A program made the translations under genes and the position numbers. Positions 39,864 through 50,112 of a DNA stretch of 64,000 nt are shown here, piece after piece. The DNA comes from a virus (taxonomy: Duplodnaviria; Heunggongvirae; Uroviricota; Caudoviricetes). The DNA is taken from the IMG/VR virus record IMGVR_UViG_3300028388_003891, positions 5,513 through 69,512 of that record; one strand, written 5' to 3'. Numbering within the stretch: position 1 is the first letter of the stretch; the number at the start of each line of letters is the position of its first letter. The notes below the pieces were generated by a model. The model had not been told where the DNA came from and did not search any database. It was given only the letters and a program-made list of their open reading frames with translations.

Positions 39864-40916
39864 ATGTCGATAATGGATCGGCTAAAGAAAAACACAAAAC
39901 TCAAACACACTAGTGTAATGAGCGAAAGCACTATGTTTGGTAAGCGTGACATGGTGCCCACAGATGTACCAATGCTCAACGTTGCTTTATCAGGCGATGT
40001 CAACGGCGGGTTGACATCCGGCGTCACAATTGTGGCTGGACCAAGTCGCCATTTTAAAACAGCATACAGTCTTCTAATGGCTGCTGCGTACCTTAAAGCC
40101 AAACCACAGGCTGTCTTGTTGTTCTACGATAGTGAGTTTGGCTCGCCTCAAGCGTATTTTGAGACGTGGAACATCGACACTAGCCGTGTCCTCCACACAC
40201 CAATTACGAACGTTGAAGAACTGAAGCACGACCTTGTCAATCAACTACAGCAAATTGAACAGGGTGATGATGTCATAATCGTGATAGACTCGATTGGAAA
40301 TTTGGCGTCGATGAAAGAAGTGGAAGATGCTGTCGACGGAAAACAAGTGGCAGACATGACACGTGCGAAAGCGATGAAGAGTCTTTTTCGTATGATCACG
40401 CCAATGGTCAACCTCAAAGACATTCCTTTAATTGCTATCGCTCACACCTATAAAACAATGGAGATCTATTCCAAGGACGTTGTGAGCGGTGGAACGGGAT
40501 TGATGTATAGCGCTGACACAGTGTGGATTGTTGGACGTCGACAAAACAAAAACGGCACTGAGGTAGAAGGGTATGATTTCATCATTAATGTCGAAAAATC
40601 GCGATTTGTTCGCGAAAAATCTAAGATTCCTATTACGGTGTCTTGGGATGGTGGTATCGATCGCTATAGTGGTGTGGTGGACCTTGCTTGTGCCGGTGGG
40701 TTTATTGCTTGCCCTAGTAGGGGGTGGTTTAGCCGTATTAATCTCGATACGGGAGAAGTTAGTGAAGCTAAGTGCCGCGCCAAAGACATTGACGAACAGT
40801 GGATAACCGAGATTCTTGAGAGTCCAAAATTCCAGCAATATGTTGCCAATTTGTATCAAATTGGCAAGTATAGTGCAAATCCCATTGATTTTGAGGAGGC
40901 GCCAGGCGATGAATAA
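39864..40916 (+). CDS. uvsX: UvsX RecA-like recombinase
   Basis: Walker A 'VAGPSRHFKTAYSL'. Extensive colinearity with T4 UvsX ('IDSIGNLASMKEVEDA...DMTRAKAMKSLFRMITP', 'GGTGLMYSADTVWIVGRRQ'). Confidence 0.9.
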   Translation: MSIMDRLKKNTKLKHTSVMSESTMFGKRDMVPTDVPMLNVALSGDVNGGLTSGVTIVAGPSRHFKTAYSLLMAAAYLKAKPQAVLLFYDSEFGSPQAYFETWNIDTSRVLHTPITNVEELKHDLVNQLQQIEQGDDVIIVIDSIGNLASMKEVEDAVDGKQVADMTRAKAMKSLFRMITPMVNLKDIPLIAIAHTYKTMEIYSKDVVSGGTGLMYSADTVWIVGRRQNKNGTEVEGYDFIINVEKSRFVREKSKIPITVSWDGGIDRYSGVVDLACAGGFIACPSRGWFSRINLDTGEVSEAKCRAKDIDEQWITEILESPKFQQYVANLYQIGKYSANPIDFEEAPGDE

Positions 40917-41229
40917 CATTGAGTACGACATTGTTCAACTTAACAACTACGTCGATCCGTCGATCGATCGCCCAGCGTCTCTTGGTATAAAGATACACGA
41001 CTCAACGTACGGCAAAGAAACAATCGCTATACACGATGTATTGGTCAAGGGTTTAGATACAGAAGATCCGGCGTTTGAGGTGTTTTGGTCGATTGTTGAC
41101 TCGCCAGAACACCCATTTATTCACGATAAAGAGCTGCGACGAATAGTCGGCAACATCGTGACCATAGAGATTGCCAAACAACTTGAAGTCGTTCTAGCCG
41201 AACATGGCGTGTTGAGGATCAATAAGTGA
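40909..41229 (+). CDS. Hypothetical protein (positional analogue of T4 gene 40)
   Basis: 106 aa, between uvsX and the helicase gene. Start overlaps the uvsX stop. Confidence 0.3.
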   Translation: MNNIEYDIVQLNNYVDPSIDRPASLGIKIHDSTYGKETIAIHDVLVKGLDTEDPAFEVFWSIVDSPEHPFIHDKELRRIVGNIVTIEIAKQLEVVLAEHGVLRINK

Positions 41230-41513
41230 CCATTCCTTCATTCGAGATGACGCAGGCAATTTATCCACCAAGAGAAGGGGAGCAAGAGGTATCGCTTGGG
41301 GCAAAAATCACTATAAAAGATGGGCCGTTTGAGGGGTACACCATACTGGTGACCGAGGTGTTTGATGATGGCAGTCCGTATAGTCTCGGTCTGAAATATA
41401 ATGCAGTAGCCCCATCAAACGAAACAGATGAGATTGATTATGACGCGTTGGACCCCGTGGTGGGTGCAATAATTGAAAAAGCTGTGGAGAGCTCGTTAAA
41501 TGACTATGAATAA
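41226..41513 (+). CDS. Hypothetical acidic protein
   Basis: 95 aa. Translationally coupled. Confidence 0.3.
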   Translation: MTIPSFEMTQAIYPPREGEQEVSLGAKITIKDGPFEGYTILVTEVFDDGSPYSLGLKYNAVAPSNETDEIDYDALDPVVGAIIEKAVESSLNDYE

Positions 41514-42870
41514 CGATATCGAGCATATCATTGTTTCATCCCTTTTCACTAAAGAGCAATTTTTGCGTAAAGTGGTTCCATTTATGGAACTCGAGTATTT
41601 TACGCCGCCATATCAGGATCTGTTCAGAGTATTTGTGACATACGTTGCACAATACAATAAATCGCCGTCTCCACAAGAGTTGCTTGTGGAGCTCGACAAA
41701 TACAGAGATAAATTCCCACCAGAGCGTTACACAAACGCTGTAACGACAGCACCTCAAATGTTTATTGAGCCAGATGTTGACGATGACTGGCTGATCGACG
41801 TCACAGAAACGTGGTGCAAAGAGCGAGCTATTCATAATGCTCTAATGCGGTCGATATCGATCTTAGATGATAAAGACAAGTCCTTGTCAAAAGACGGTAT
41901 TCCTGGTCTTTTGCAGGACGCTCTTGCTGTGTCATTCGACGTTAATGTGGGACATGACTACATCGATAATGCTGAGCAGCGCTATGAATTTTATACGACG
42001 AAAGAATCACGCATAGTGCTCGACCTCGACATCCTTAATGAGATAACACAAGGAGGTCTTACCAATAAATCAATGGCAGTGATAATAGCGCCGACTGGCG
42101 TTGGTAAGAGTCTCGTGATGTGCCATATGGCTGCGGGCGCAGTAAGAAATGGGTATAACGTGCTTTACATAACAGCCGAAATGGCTGAATATCGTATAGC
42201 CGAAAGAATAGATGCGAATCTGTTTGATGTTCCTATCGATCAGCTTTCGACGATGTCGAAAGACATGTTTATGAAACAAGTCGAAAAGGTGTCGGGGCAG
42301 CAGTTTGGCCGTCTGGTGGTTAAAGAATACCCAACGGGTCAAGCACACAGTGGTCATTTTCGTGCTTTATTGAACGAGTTAAAGCTCAAGAAAAAATTTA
42401 AGCCACACATCATATTTGTGGACTATCTCAATATCTGTGCCAGCGCCAAGTTGAAAGGAATTGGTGGATCGGTTAACTCTTACACATACGTCAAAACAAT
42501 TGCTGAAGAGCTTAGAGGTCTTGCTGTTGAACAAGATCTTCCAATCGTCACTGCAACGCAAACTAATCGTGCGGGGTACAACAACACTGACCCCGATCTC
42601 GACGCCACTTCTGAATCATATGGTCTGCCATCGACTGCAGATCTGATGCTAGCCCTTATCTCAACCGAGGAGCTTGAGCAACAGCAAATGCTAATGTGGA
42701 AGCAATTGAAAAACCGCTATCGTAATCCATCTCATTATCGGCGTTTTGTCACGGGGATTGACCGTTCAAAAATGCAGCTCAAAAATATTGAACAAATCGA
42801 TTTGACACAAGATCCAGATATAAGTAGCCACAACCAACCAGCTCCAGTGAGTGCCGACTATGAGTGGTAA
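41500..42870 (+). CDS. Replicative DNA helicase gp41 (DnaB-like)
   Basis: Walker A 'IAPTGVGKSLV', 'ITAEMAEYRIAERI' and a RecA-like core. 456 aa. Confidence 0.85.
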   Translation: MTMNNDIEHIIVSSLFTKEQFLRKVVPFMELEYFTPPYQDLFRVFVTYVAQYNKSPSPQELLVELDKYRDKFPPERYTNAVTTAPQMFIEPDVDDDWLIDVTETWCKERAIHNALMRSISILDDKDKSLSKDGIPGLLQDALAVSFDVNVGHDYIDNAEQRYEFYTTKESRIVLDLDILNEITQGGLTNKSMAVIIAPTGVGKSLVMCHMAAGAVRNGYNVLYITAEMAEYRIAERIDANLFDVPIDQLSTMSKDMFMKQVEKVSGQQFGRLVVKEYPTGQAHSGHFRALLNELKLKKKFKPHIIFVDYLNICASAKLKGIGGSVNSYTYVKTIAEELRGLAVEQDLPIVTATQTNRAGYNNTDPDLDATSESYGLPSTADLMLALISTEELEQQQMLMWKQLKNRYRNPSHYRRFVTGIDRSKMQLKNIEQIDLTQDPDISSHNQPAPVSADYEW

Positions 42871-43210
42871 AGGTAGTAATCCAAGACCAATGAATGTCGA
42901 TCGTTCGACGTTTGAATCCAATTGGGACGCTATATTTAAGCCTAAGCCTCCGTCACAGTCGGTGCCTACACCACAAGGAAAACCAAGCATTGAGGACGCC
43001 AGCACTGTACAACGTCAAACGCTACAAAAAGAAGCATAGAATCGTTTTAGCGGCATTGGGGACAATGTGTATCATCATATTAATGTCTGCATGCTCGCAC
43101 ACTATTAGCAATACAGGCAGCCGAATAAAAGGACGACCTGTTACTGGATCATCTGAAGCTTACGTTGAAATGTGTAAGCGAGAGTTGATAGACAACCCCG
43201 ACACACCTCT

Positions 43211-43645
43211 TTGTCCGAAAAGTGTAGAACGATGAATGAACAACAGCAATTAGAAGCCGTGCAAGCCCTACATCGTACGATGTGGGGGCTATTCGATTAT
43301 CAGCACGACGAACGCACGTACCAACAGATAGAGCACTGGCGATCACATGCAGATGCTGTGTTGCACAACGAGCGGTTTACAGATGATTGTGACGGATACG
43401 CATGGACGGCTTGTGAGATATTGTTAGAAGAGGGGTTCAGCCCATCAAATGTGTTGTTTATCGTATGCAAAACAGAATTGAATGAGGGACACGCAGTATG
43501 TGGTGTCAACATTGGCGCTGACACATACATTGTTGATAACCGTTTCAAACACGTATACAAATGGACGGAACGAGAAGATTACCAGTGGGATTTCAAAATG
43601 AGCCTTGACCAGCCCGGTCAATGGTACGTGGTTACAAATGGCTGA
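43211..43645 (+). CDS. Hypothetical protein with Cys/His pair (possible papain-fold peptidase-like)
   Basis: 'DDCDGYAWTACEIL...EGHAVCG' region. Weak call. Confidence 0.25.
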   Translation: MSEKCRTMNEQQQLEAVQALHRTMWGLFDYQHDERTYQQIEHWRSHADAVLHNERFTDDCDGYAWTACEILLEEGFSPSNVLFIVCKTELNEGHAVCGVNIGADTYIVDNRFKHVYKWTEREDYQWDFKMSLDQPGQWYVVTNG

Positions 43646-43904
43646 ATTTAATGATTTTGGGTTTACTGCTGTTGACGACACAGAACTAGAACCCGTTGTC
43701 ACAACATCAACACAGCTGAGCGAGGCGTACAGTGCCTTGCGACAGATACGCATGCGTATTGATCGGTTGCTAACAAACTTACAAGCTAACCCTGAGAAAG
43801 ACTATCTGTACTGGCCCAATCGCGTTGAGCACGTGGAGGCGTTTCGTCGTGAACTCGACGCAATAGCCATCGAAAGCGACGACGAACCGAACTTCGCTGA
43901 TTAG
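43605..43904 (+). CDS. Hypothetical protein
   Basis: 99 aa. Confidence 0.3.
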   Translation: MTSPVNGTWLQMAEFNDFGFTAVDDTELEPVVTTSTQLSEAYSALRQIRMRIDRLLTNLQANPEKDYLYWPNRVEHVEAFRRELDAIAIESDDEPNFAD

Positions 43905-43934
43905 CTACCCGTTGTGCTTCAAGCCGCAATTGGG

Positions 43935-43950
43935 GATAATGTCCCTGTTG
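43935..43950 (+). promoter_or_regulatory. Conserved motif GGGATAATGTCCCTGTTG (one of three copies), candidate promoter or operator
   Basis: Same 16-18-mer at 61038-61055 and a one-mismatch copy at 50472-50489. Each lies 20-40 nt upstream of an ATG with a RBS. Confidence 0.4.
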
Positions 43951-43969
43951 GCAAAAAAGGAGCAACGAC

Positions 43970-44323
43970 ATGACACGACGCAACAGCACTTCTTCTGGTC
44001 ATCCCATTCCGCAAGACGCTGAAGAGTGGACTACTGAGTGGCGTAAAGAAGGTGGCGCGATCGTTCCGGTTGCAGTACCTATCGCCGAGTACAACGCTAA
44101 GCGTGATACGATGGCAAAGCGTAAGCTCAATGGCGATACTTCCGCCAACAACAACGTGATCGAAAAGCCTAAGCGTGCAAAGCGCAGCAAGGCTGATACT
44201 GCAGAGCGCAAAGCTCGTGCACATGAGATGTTCCGCAACGGCTCATCTGTTAGTGACGTTGCCAAAGAGTTAGACATCTCTTATGGCAACGCTCACTACT
44301 TCCACAGGACCTTCAAATCGTGA
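43970..44323 (+). CDS. DNA-binding protein with C-terminal helix-turn-helix
   Basis: C-terminal 'SSVSDVAKELDISYGNAHYF' HTH. Basic middle region. Confidence 0.4.
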   Translation: MTRRNSTSSGHPIPQDAEEWTTEWRKEGGAIVPVAVPIAEYNAKRDTMAKRKLNGDTSANNNVIEKPKRAKRSKADTAERKARAHEMFRNGSSVSDVAKELDISYGNAHYFHRTFKS

Positions 44324-44516
44324 TCTTCAACGTACAAGAAATCACCGCCCTGATCGACAACGCGACAACGCGTCGGTCGCTTTACGATAGCGATGGTGAA
44401 GAGCACTGGGTTCCGTTTGTCGATCGTGTGGCTGTGTACAACGAACTGGTGTACAATCATAACCTGAGCCGTTTGCAAGCGGACGCAGTAATGAAAAAAT
44501 ACGAGCACTTGATGTA

Positions 44517-45020
44517 GTGATGACACGGATCGAACAAGCTGAGTTATTTGCGGTTGAGGCCCACCAAGGGCAGGTTCGCAAGTACACAGGTCTACCGTAC
44601 GTCACGCATCCATTCGCGGTTGCGGAGATCGTAAAGACCGTCGACCACACTGAAGAAATGATCATCGCTTCTCTTCTACATGACACTGTGGAAGACACGG
44701 ATGTGTATCTGTTCCAGATTGCTCGCTTGTTCGGCGTTGATGTGTCAGTCCTCGTTTACTACACATCTGAGGTCAGCCAGAAGCATCACGGCAATCGAGC
44801 CGTTCGCAAAGCGATGGACAGGGAGCACTACGCTCGAGGTCCTGCTGACTCTCAGACCATCAAAGTCGCTGACTTGATCCATAACGCCGGATCGATCAAG
44901 AAATACGATCCCAAGTTTTGGAAAGTGTTTCGTGAAGAGAAAAGGGCGTTGTTAAACGCCCTTGTCCTTGCCGACCCAAAGCTGGTACAATTAGCATATA
45001 GGATCATTGAGGAGGAATGA
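44517..45020 (+). CDS. HD-domain (p)ppGpp hydrolase-like protein (small alarmone hydrolase / RelA-SpoT HD family)
   Basis: 'EAHQGQVRKYTGLPYVTHPFAVAEI...ASLLHDTVEDT' matches the Rel/Spo HD hydrolase signature. Confidence 0.65.
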   Translation: MMTRIEQAELFAVEAHQGQVRKYTGLPYVTHPFAVAEIVKTVDHTEEMIIASLLHDTVEDTDVYLFQIARLFGVDVSVLVYYTSEVSQKHHGNRAVRKAMDREHYARGPADSQTIKVADLIHNAGSIKKYDPKFWKVFREEKRALLNALVLADPKLVQLAYRIIEEE

Positions 45021-46135
45021 CGATGAAAATGGATATTTTGTATAGTCGCGATGCTAAGGGTCGCGAGATCCAATGGCAGGGTGAAGTGATTGACAATCGG
45101 TACCGTACGATCAATGGTCTGGTTGGCGGCAACCTCAAGACGTCTGAGTGGACCGAGTGTGGTTACAAGAACTACGGCAAGAGCAACGAAGTGCCGCCCG
45201 AAGAGCAGGCGATTAAAGAGATGGAAGCCATGTACGCTAAGAAACTGCGTACTAAGTACTCCGTGGAGCGTGGCGCTATCCATGAAACGATCAAGCCAAT
45301 GCTTGCAGTGCCGTGGAAGAAAATGATCGACCGCATCGACTACCACAAGGGCGTGTTCGTTCAGCCCAAGCTTGATGGTATCCGCTGCCTCGCTACTAAG
45401 GACGGACTGTTCAGCCGCACAGGCAAAGAGATCGTTGCTGTCCCTCACGTGTTTGAGTCGCTGCGGCCATTTTTCGAAGAGAACCCTGACACTATTTTGG
45501 ATGGTGAGCTGTACAATCACGACCTACGTGACAACTTCAACGAGATCACCAGCATCGTACGCAAGCAGAAGGTCACGCAGCAGGACATCGTCCGTGCACG
45601 TGAAGGTATCCAATACCATATGTACGACTGCATCGTTAGCAAATTTCCAGACCTTGATTTCGAAAGTCGCTTTCACAGACTGATCACCGCGGAGCTGGCT
45701 GCCAGAGAACCTCACATCGTTACGGTCGATACCACGACGGCCAACAGCCTCGAGGCTGTCAACGATCTGTACTCCTCCTACATCGGTCAGGGATACGAGG
45801 GTGGCATCGTTCGCGTCAACGGTCGTTACGAGAACAAGCGGTCCAATCTGCTGATCAAGCGCAAGGACTTCTTCGACGAGGAGTTCGACGTGATCTCGAT
45901 TGAAGAGGGCACAGGCAATTGGGCTGGCCTTGCCAAGCGAGTGGTGCTGCGTCACCCCAATGGTAACGAATTCGGTGCTGGTATGATGGGCTCCAAGGAT
46001 TACGCTAAATACATCCTCGACAATGCACAAAAGTTCATTGGCAAGCAAGCGACGGTTCAGTACTTCGAGTTGACACCTGGTGGCGTTCCTCGCCACGGCA
46101 CCGTCAAACAGTTCCATGAACAGCCGAGGTGGTAA
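45017..46135 (+). CDS. ATP-dependent DNA ligase
   Basis: Motif I 'QPKLDGIRC' (KxDG), motif IV 'YEGGIVR' and motif V 'LLIKRK'. 372 aa. Confidence 0.7.
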   Translation: MTMKMDILYSRDAKGREIQWQGEVIDNRYRTINGLVGGNLKTSEWTECGYKNYGKSNEVPPEEQAIKEMEAMYAKKLRTKYSVERGAIHETIKPMLAVPWKKMIDRIDYHKGVFVQPKLDGIRCLATKDGLFSRTGKEIVAVPHVFESLRPFFEENPDTILDGELYNHDLRDNFNEITSIVRKQKVTQQDIVRAREGIQYHMYDCIVSKFPDLDFESRFHRLITAELAAREPHIVTVDTTTANSLEAVNDLYSSYIGQGYEGGIVRVNGRYENKRSNLLIKRKDFFDEEFDVISIEEGTGNWAGLAKRVVLRHPNGNEFGAGMMGSKDYAKYILDNAQKFIGKQATVQYFELTPGGVPRHGTVKQFHEQPRW

Positions 46136-46939
46136 TTGGTTTGGATCACGTACGCAATGAGCGTAGCGATAGCGGCGGTAGCTGCTTGGTACAGCATCAC
46201 AGGGTTAACAGCGATCTTTGCGGGGGCGAAGATCGCTATCGTTGTTATGGGGTGTGTACTCGAAGCAGGCAAACTGGTTGCCGTAAGCTGGCTACAACGA
46301 AATTGGCACGCAGCACCTCTTGCAATCAAGAGCTATCTGACAGCTGCAGTCGCCGTGCTGATGGTGATTACCTCGCTCGGCATTTTCGGTTTCTTGTCTA
46401 AAGCACACATTGAGCACACTACGCTTGTAGGAACAGATAATGATATCACAATGGAGGTCGTCGAGACCCGTATCGCCATTCACCAACGATCGATCGAAGA
46501 CGCTCGTACTGCTCTCTCCCAACTCGACGACGCGGTGGACGTTCTCATCTCGTACGATCGTATTAGAGGTCCCGATGGAGCGTTACAGGTTCGTGCCTCG
46601 CAACAAGATGAAAGGGATGCACTCAACGAAACGGTCAATCAAGCGCTACGTGAACTTGAAGTACTGCAGCAAGAGAAAGCGCAGATCCAACGAAAAAAGG
46701 CCGAAGTTGAAGTGGAGGTTGGACCAATTAGGTACGTGGCTGCACTCATTGGAGACGACGAGACAGACCTCGGACGAGCCGTCCGTGTGGTAACGCTATT
46801 GCTGGTGTTCGTTTTCGATCCACTGGCCGTAGCATTACTAATGGCTGCAAATGCAGCGTGGAGTAATAAAGCAGCTCGAGCGTCAAAGAACACTCTTATC
46901 ATTCCAAAATCACAAGTTGCAAAATATGACAATGATTGA
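46136..46939 (+). CDS. Membrane protein with C-terminal coiled coil
   Basis: Three N-terminal hydrophobic helices. Confidence 0.35.
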   Translation: MVWITYAMSVAIAAVAAWYSITGLTAIFAGAKIAIVVMGCVLEAGKLVAVSWLQRNWHAAPLAIKSYLTAAVAVLMVITSLGIFGFLSKAHIEHTTLVGTDNDITMEVVETRIAIHQRSIEDARTALSQLDDAVDVLISYDRIRGPDGALQVRASQQDERDALNETVNQALRELEVLQQEKAQIQRKKAEVEVEVGPIRYVAALIGDDETDLGRAVRVVTLLLVFVFDPLAVALLMAANAAWSNKAARASKNTLIIPKSQVAKYDND

Positions 46940-47170
46940 ACATGACAGTGATGTAGGTGAAGGCGTAACGGGTGTGATCACAATCACACAAACGCCCGAA
47001 GCAGATAAATGGTTTTCAGAACTACACCCCGACCAGCAAATAGTCATAGCCGACCTCGAGCAACGGTTAGCTCAAGCTAGAGCTGCTGGCGACACGCAAA
47101 CGACAAAGGAGCTGTCCGAAGAGCTGGGCCGTTTGCTTGGCTCTTTACTTTGTGACACACTAGGTTTATA

Positions 47171-47839
47171 ATGACATTCAATCTTGACTTGATACAGGGC
47201 ATTCCCGAGAGCGAGCGCATTGAGATAGATGGCGTTCGACACTACGTACTAGAGGACGGGTGCCACAAACCTTATCCTTCTGTGACGACAGTTGTCGAAA
47301 CTGATCCTGGTAAACAACGAAGTTTATTAGCATGGCGTCAGCGAGTAGGCGACAAAAACGCTGACCATATTTCCGATCAAGCAGCCGACACGGGTAGCAA
47401 GGCGCACAAGTTGATCGAAAACTATATACGAGGGGATGAGCTTGATTTTTCACAATGCGGTTTAGTGGCCCAAGATATGTTTCACCGCTTACAACAGACA
47501 GCGGACGAACATATAAACAACGTGCGAATGATCGAGCAGCAGATGGTTTCGCATCATCTTCGCGTAGCTGGTACAGTAGACCTAGTGGCTGAGTGGGATC
47601 AGCAGCTCGCAATTATTGATTGGAAAACTTCACGAAAACAAAAACGTGTTGAATATATCGACGGCTATTTTATGCAAGAGTCTGCGTACGCCGTAATGGT
47701 CGAGGAGATGACGGGAATTCCGATAACCAAGCTAGTGACAGTAATCGCAACGCTCGATGGTCATTTGCAGGTGTTTGAAAGTGAAAGAGATCAGTGGATC
47801 GACAAATTCATTGCGTTACGCAGCCGCATGGCTGATTGA
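47171..47839 (+). CDS. PD-(D/E)xK nuclease (YqaJ/lambda-exonuclease-like)
   Basis: 'VAGTVDLVAEW...LAIIDWKTSRK' D...(D/E)xK arrangement. Confidence 0.5.
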   Translation: MTFNLDLIQGIPESERIEIDGVRHYVLEDGCHKPYPSVTTVVETDPGKQRSLLAWRQRVGDKNADHISDQAADTGSKAHKLIENYIRGDELDFSQCGLVAQDMFHRLQQTADEHINNVRMIEQQMVSHHLRVAGTVDLVAEWDQQLAIIDWKTSRKQKRVEYIDGYFMQESAYAVMVEEMTGIPITKLVTVIATLDGHLQVFESERDQWIDKFIALRSRMAD

Positions 47840-47915
47840 GGGTACATTATGCTCCGCAGAATAGGACTGATGAGTCAATTTACATTGTGGTTGAGGCTAT
47901 TTTGGGCTAAAGCGC

Positions 47916-48203
47916 GTGGATGCCCATATCCAGGTGCCACATACGATGCCACTCTGCACAAGTACATTGTGCATGATTTCCGTTTGTATCAGTTTGCTCG
48001 CTTACATGGGTACGCAGAGTACCGCGATGATTGATATGTTGACGCCATGTGTGAGAATGTGTGGCGTCAACGATGAGGGACGCTGTCAAGGTTGCGGCCG
48101 TACAGAGCAACAGCTAAGGGAATGGCGCTACTATAGTGATGATCAGAAGCGATCTATTATCACACGTTTAACGCAGCAACAGCAGAACCAACGTCGCCAG
48201 TAG
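47916..48203 (+). CDS. Small Cys-rich protein (DUF1289-like CxxxCGxxxxGxCxGCxRT motif)
   Basis: 'CVRMCGVNDEGRCQGCGRTEQQLREW'. Confidence 0.3.
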   Translation: MDAHIQVPHTMPLCTSTLCMISVCISLLAYMGTQSTAMIDMLTPCVRMCGVNDEGRCQGCGRTEQQLREWRYYSDDQKRSIITRLTQQQQNQRRQ

Positions 48204-48430
48204 GTGCTAAGATTGTCGTTTTGTTGCCATGACGGACAGCTACAACATTCTTTCCATTAGCACGAGCCCGTAGGTTAGGAGGTAGCTCGGCAACAGTGAC
48301 CCCCCGTTTCCCCTCTAACGCGCTCTGTACGCTGGGCGGCAAATCATTGTAGTCAATGACCTCAGTGTTAATTGGGGTGAATGGCTTGCGGCGAGTGGCC
48401 ATAACAACTCCATGATAGTTTTCAGTTATT

Positions 48431-48438
48431 TATAAATA
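48431..48438 (+). promoter_or_regulatory. T4-type late promoter box TATAAATA upstream of the basic-protein genes
   Basis: Exact TATAAATA. Confidence 0.45.
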
Positions 48439-48556
48439 CAAGAAACACATCCAATGGGGCCCCTATGAATCAGACAAAGACATCGACAATGATGGCGATG
48501 CCGATTCGACCGATCGATACTTACACAATCGCCGCAAGACCGTTACCAAAGCTGTA

Positions 48557-48943
48557 ATGCACGACGGTAAAACCGTTAAAGAAAGCGACTGCAACAAGCG
48601 TAAAATGAGGGGTAGGTCGTTTAGTAGTATGACGACCGACGAAATTGGCAACCTGCCAAAAAACAAAACTGCTTTAGGTCATCAACAATCGTCAGACAAG
48701 TCTGCAGCACATCAGCAAATTAAAGACCTGTATGCGCGCCGTGCTCAGACAAGCGGACATGGCAAACGTGCTAAAATCACAGCTCGGATTGACGCTCTCA
48801 AAAAGCAGCACGGCATCAAAGAAGATGGTGAGGACATGATTGTTGAGGGTTATGGATCCGTATTCAACAACATAGATAGCGACAATGACAAGATAGTGCC
48901 AGGCGCGTTCCAGCGATCACTTAAAAAGCGTAAACTACGCTGA
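48557..48943 (+). CDS. Highly basic protein 1 (possible internal head / DNA-binding protein)
   Basis: 128 aa, Lys/Arg-rich. First of three consecutive basic ORFs next to the tRNA array. This position parallels the T4 ip genes next to its tRNA cluster. Confidence 0.4.
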   Translation: MHDGKTVKESDCNKRKMRGRSFSSMTTDEIGNLPKNKTALGHQQSSDKSAAHQQIKDLYARRAQTSGHGKRAKITARIDALKKQHGIKEDGEDMIVEGYGSVFNNIDSDNDKIVPGAFQRSLKKRKLR

Positions 48944-48956
48944 ACGAGATACACAT

Positions 48957-49388
48957 ATGCACGGTCTGCGTCATAGAGGCTACAAGGACAACAGCCCCCT
49001 TATGAAGGCCTACGACCAGGCGCAGAAACGTCGAATGAGTGGCCTAACTCGTGCGCATAAGCGTCTCAACAAAGAAAACGCTGAGCATCTTGATGAGCTG
49101 CGTAAATCCACGTATGCTAAGTACATTAGCAAAGCAGCTCGTTCTTCTTCGTACAACATGAAGGATGCAGAGACGTCAGACCAAGATGCCGATTACCACA
49201 ATGCGCGTGGCAACGAGTACCACCCAAACAATATGACGCCTGGCAACACATTGAAAAGTGAGCCTACTGCCAAAATGCACTACAAGATGGCTGATAAGCA
49301 TCGTGCCGCTGCAGGTAAGTCTCGCGCTAAGATGCTCAAGCGTCACAAGGGCGTTGACCGTGCTTTGCGACTGATGATGCAAAAGTAA
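48957..49388 (+). CDS. Highly basic protein 2
   Basis: 143 aa, Lys/Arg/His-rich. Confidence 0.4.
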   Translation: MHGLRHRGYKDNSPLMKAYDQAQKRRMSGLTRAHKRLNKENAEHLDELRKSTYAKYISKAARSSSYNMKDAETSDQDADYHNARGNEYHPNNMTPGNTLKSEPTAKMHYKMADKHRAAAGKSRAKMLKRHKGVDRALRLMMQK

Positions 49389-49957
49389 TGGAAAAGTACA
49401 AGCCGAGCAAGCACGAATGGGGCAAACCAGCTTCCACTCGTCTTGCAAAGAAAATCACACCTAATGAGAAGGTAAAAATGGAATCGTTCGAGTCATTCAT
49501 TTGTGAGATCAGCCAAAGTACCAAAGACCGTTACCTGCGTCGAGCGACTGGTGATGCGACTATGGCCAACTTTGCAAAACGTAGCACGTCTGGCAAAGAG
49601 CAAGAGTACTGGGCACGCAAAGAGAAGAATCGCAAGAAGGGTATCGCGCGAGCTCTTCCAAAAAGAAACTACACTGCTGAATCGAGCAAGCCCAAGCCGA
49701 TTGCGAGTGTGAGTTCTACTTCCGGGTCGAACACGCATTACATCCATCACTGGGACAATGGCGAGATCACATCCCACGGTGGCCGCAGCAAAACATCTCT
49801 GGCGCTCTCTAACCACGCCTTCAATCATCGAGGTGGAACCAAAGCAGCGGCGAAGGCAGTGACTGATGTTGTAAAGAGCGCAAAGAACAGCGATGATCTT
49901 GCCAATAAGTTGAACAGCAGTCGCCTTGGCTCAACTAACTGGAAACCAGTAAAATAA
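49388..49957 (+). CDS. Highly basic protein 3
   Basis: 189 aa, Lys/Arg/Ser-rich. Confidence 0.4.
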   Translation: MEKYKPSKHEWGKPASTRLAKKITPNEKVKMESFESFICEISQSTKDRYLRRATGDATMANFAKRSTSGKEQEYWARKEKNRKKGIARALPKRNYTAESSKPKPIASVSSTSGSNTHYIHHWDNGEITSHGGRSKTSLALSNHAFNHRGGTKAAAKAVTDVVKSAKNSDDLANKLNSSRLGSTNWKPVK

Positions 49958-50112
49958 TTTTCGATTGCCTGGTTGATAAACGACACTAACGGACTATATA
50001 CTATCACTATGTTGACGAATTTACATACAACAATACTCCCCCAAAGTAATCGCCCACTGATTGGCGGTTGGGGATCGTATTGTGTGGCGTTTGAGCGCAA
50101 AGATCCCAACAT

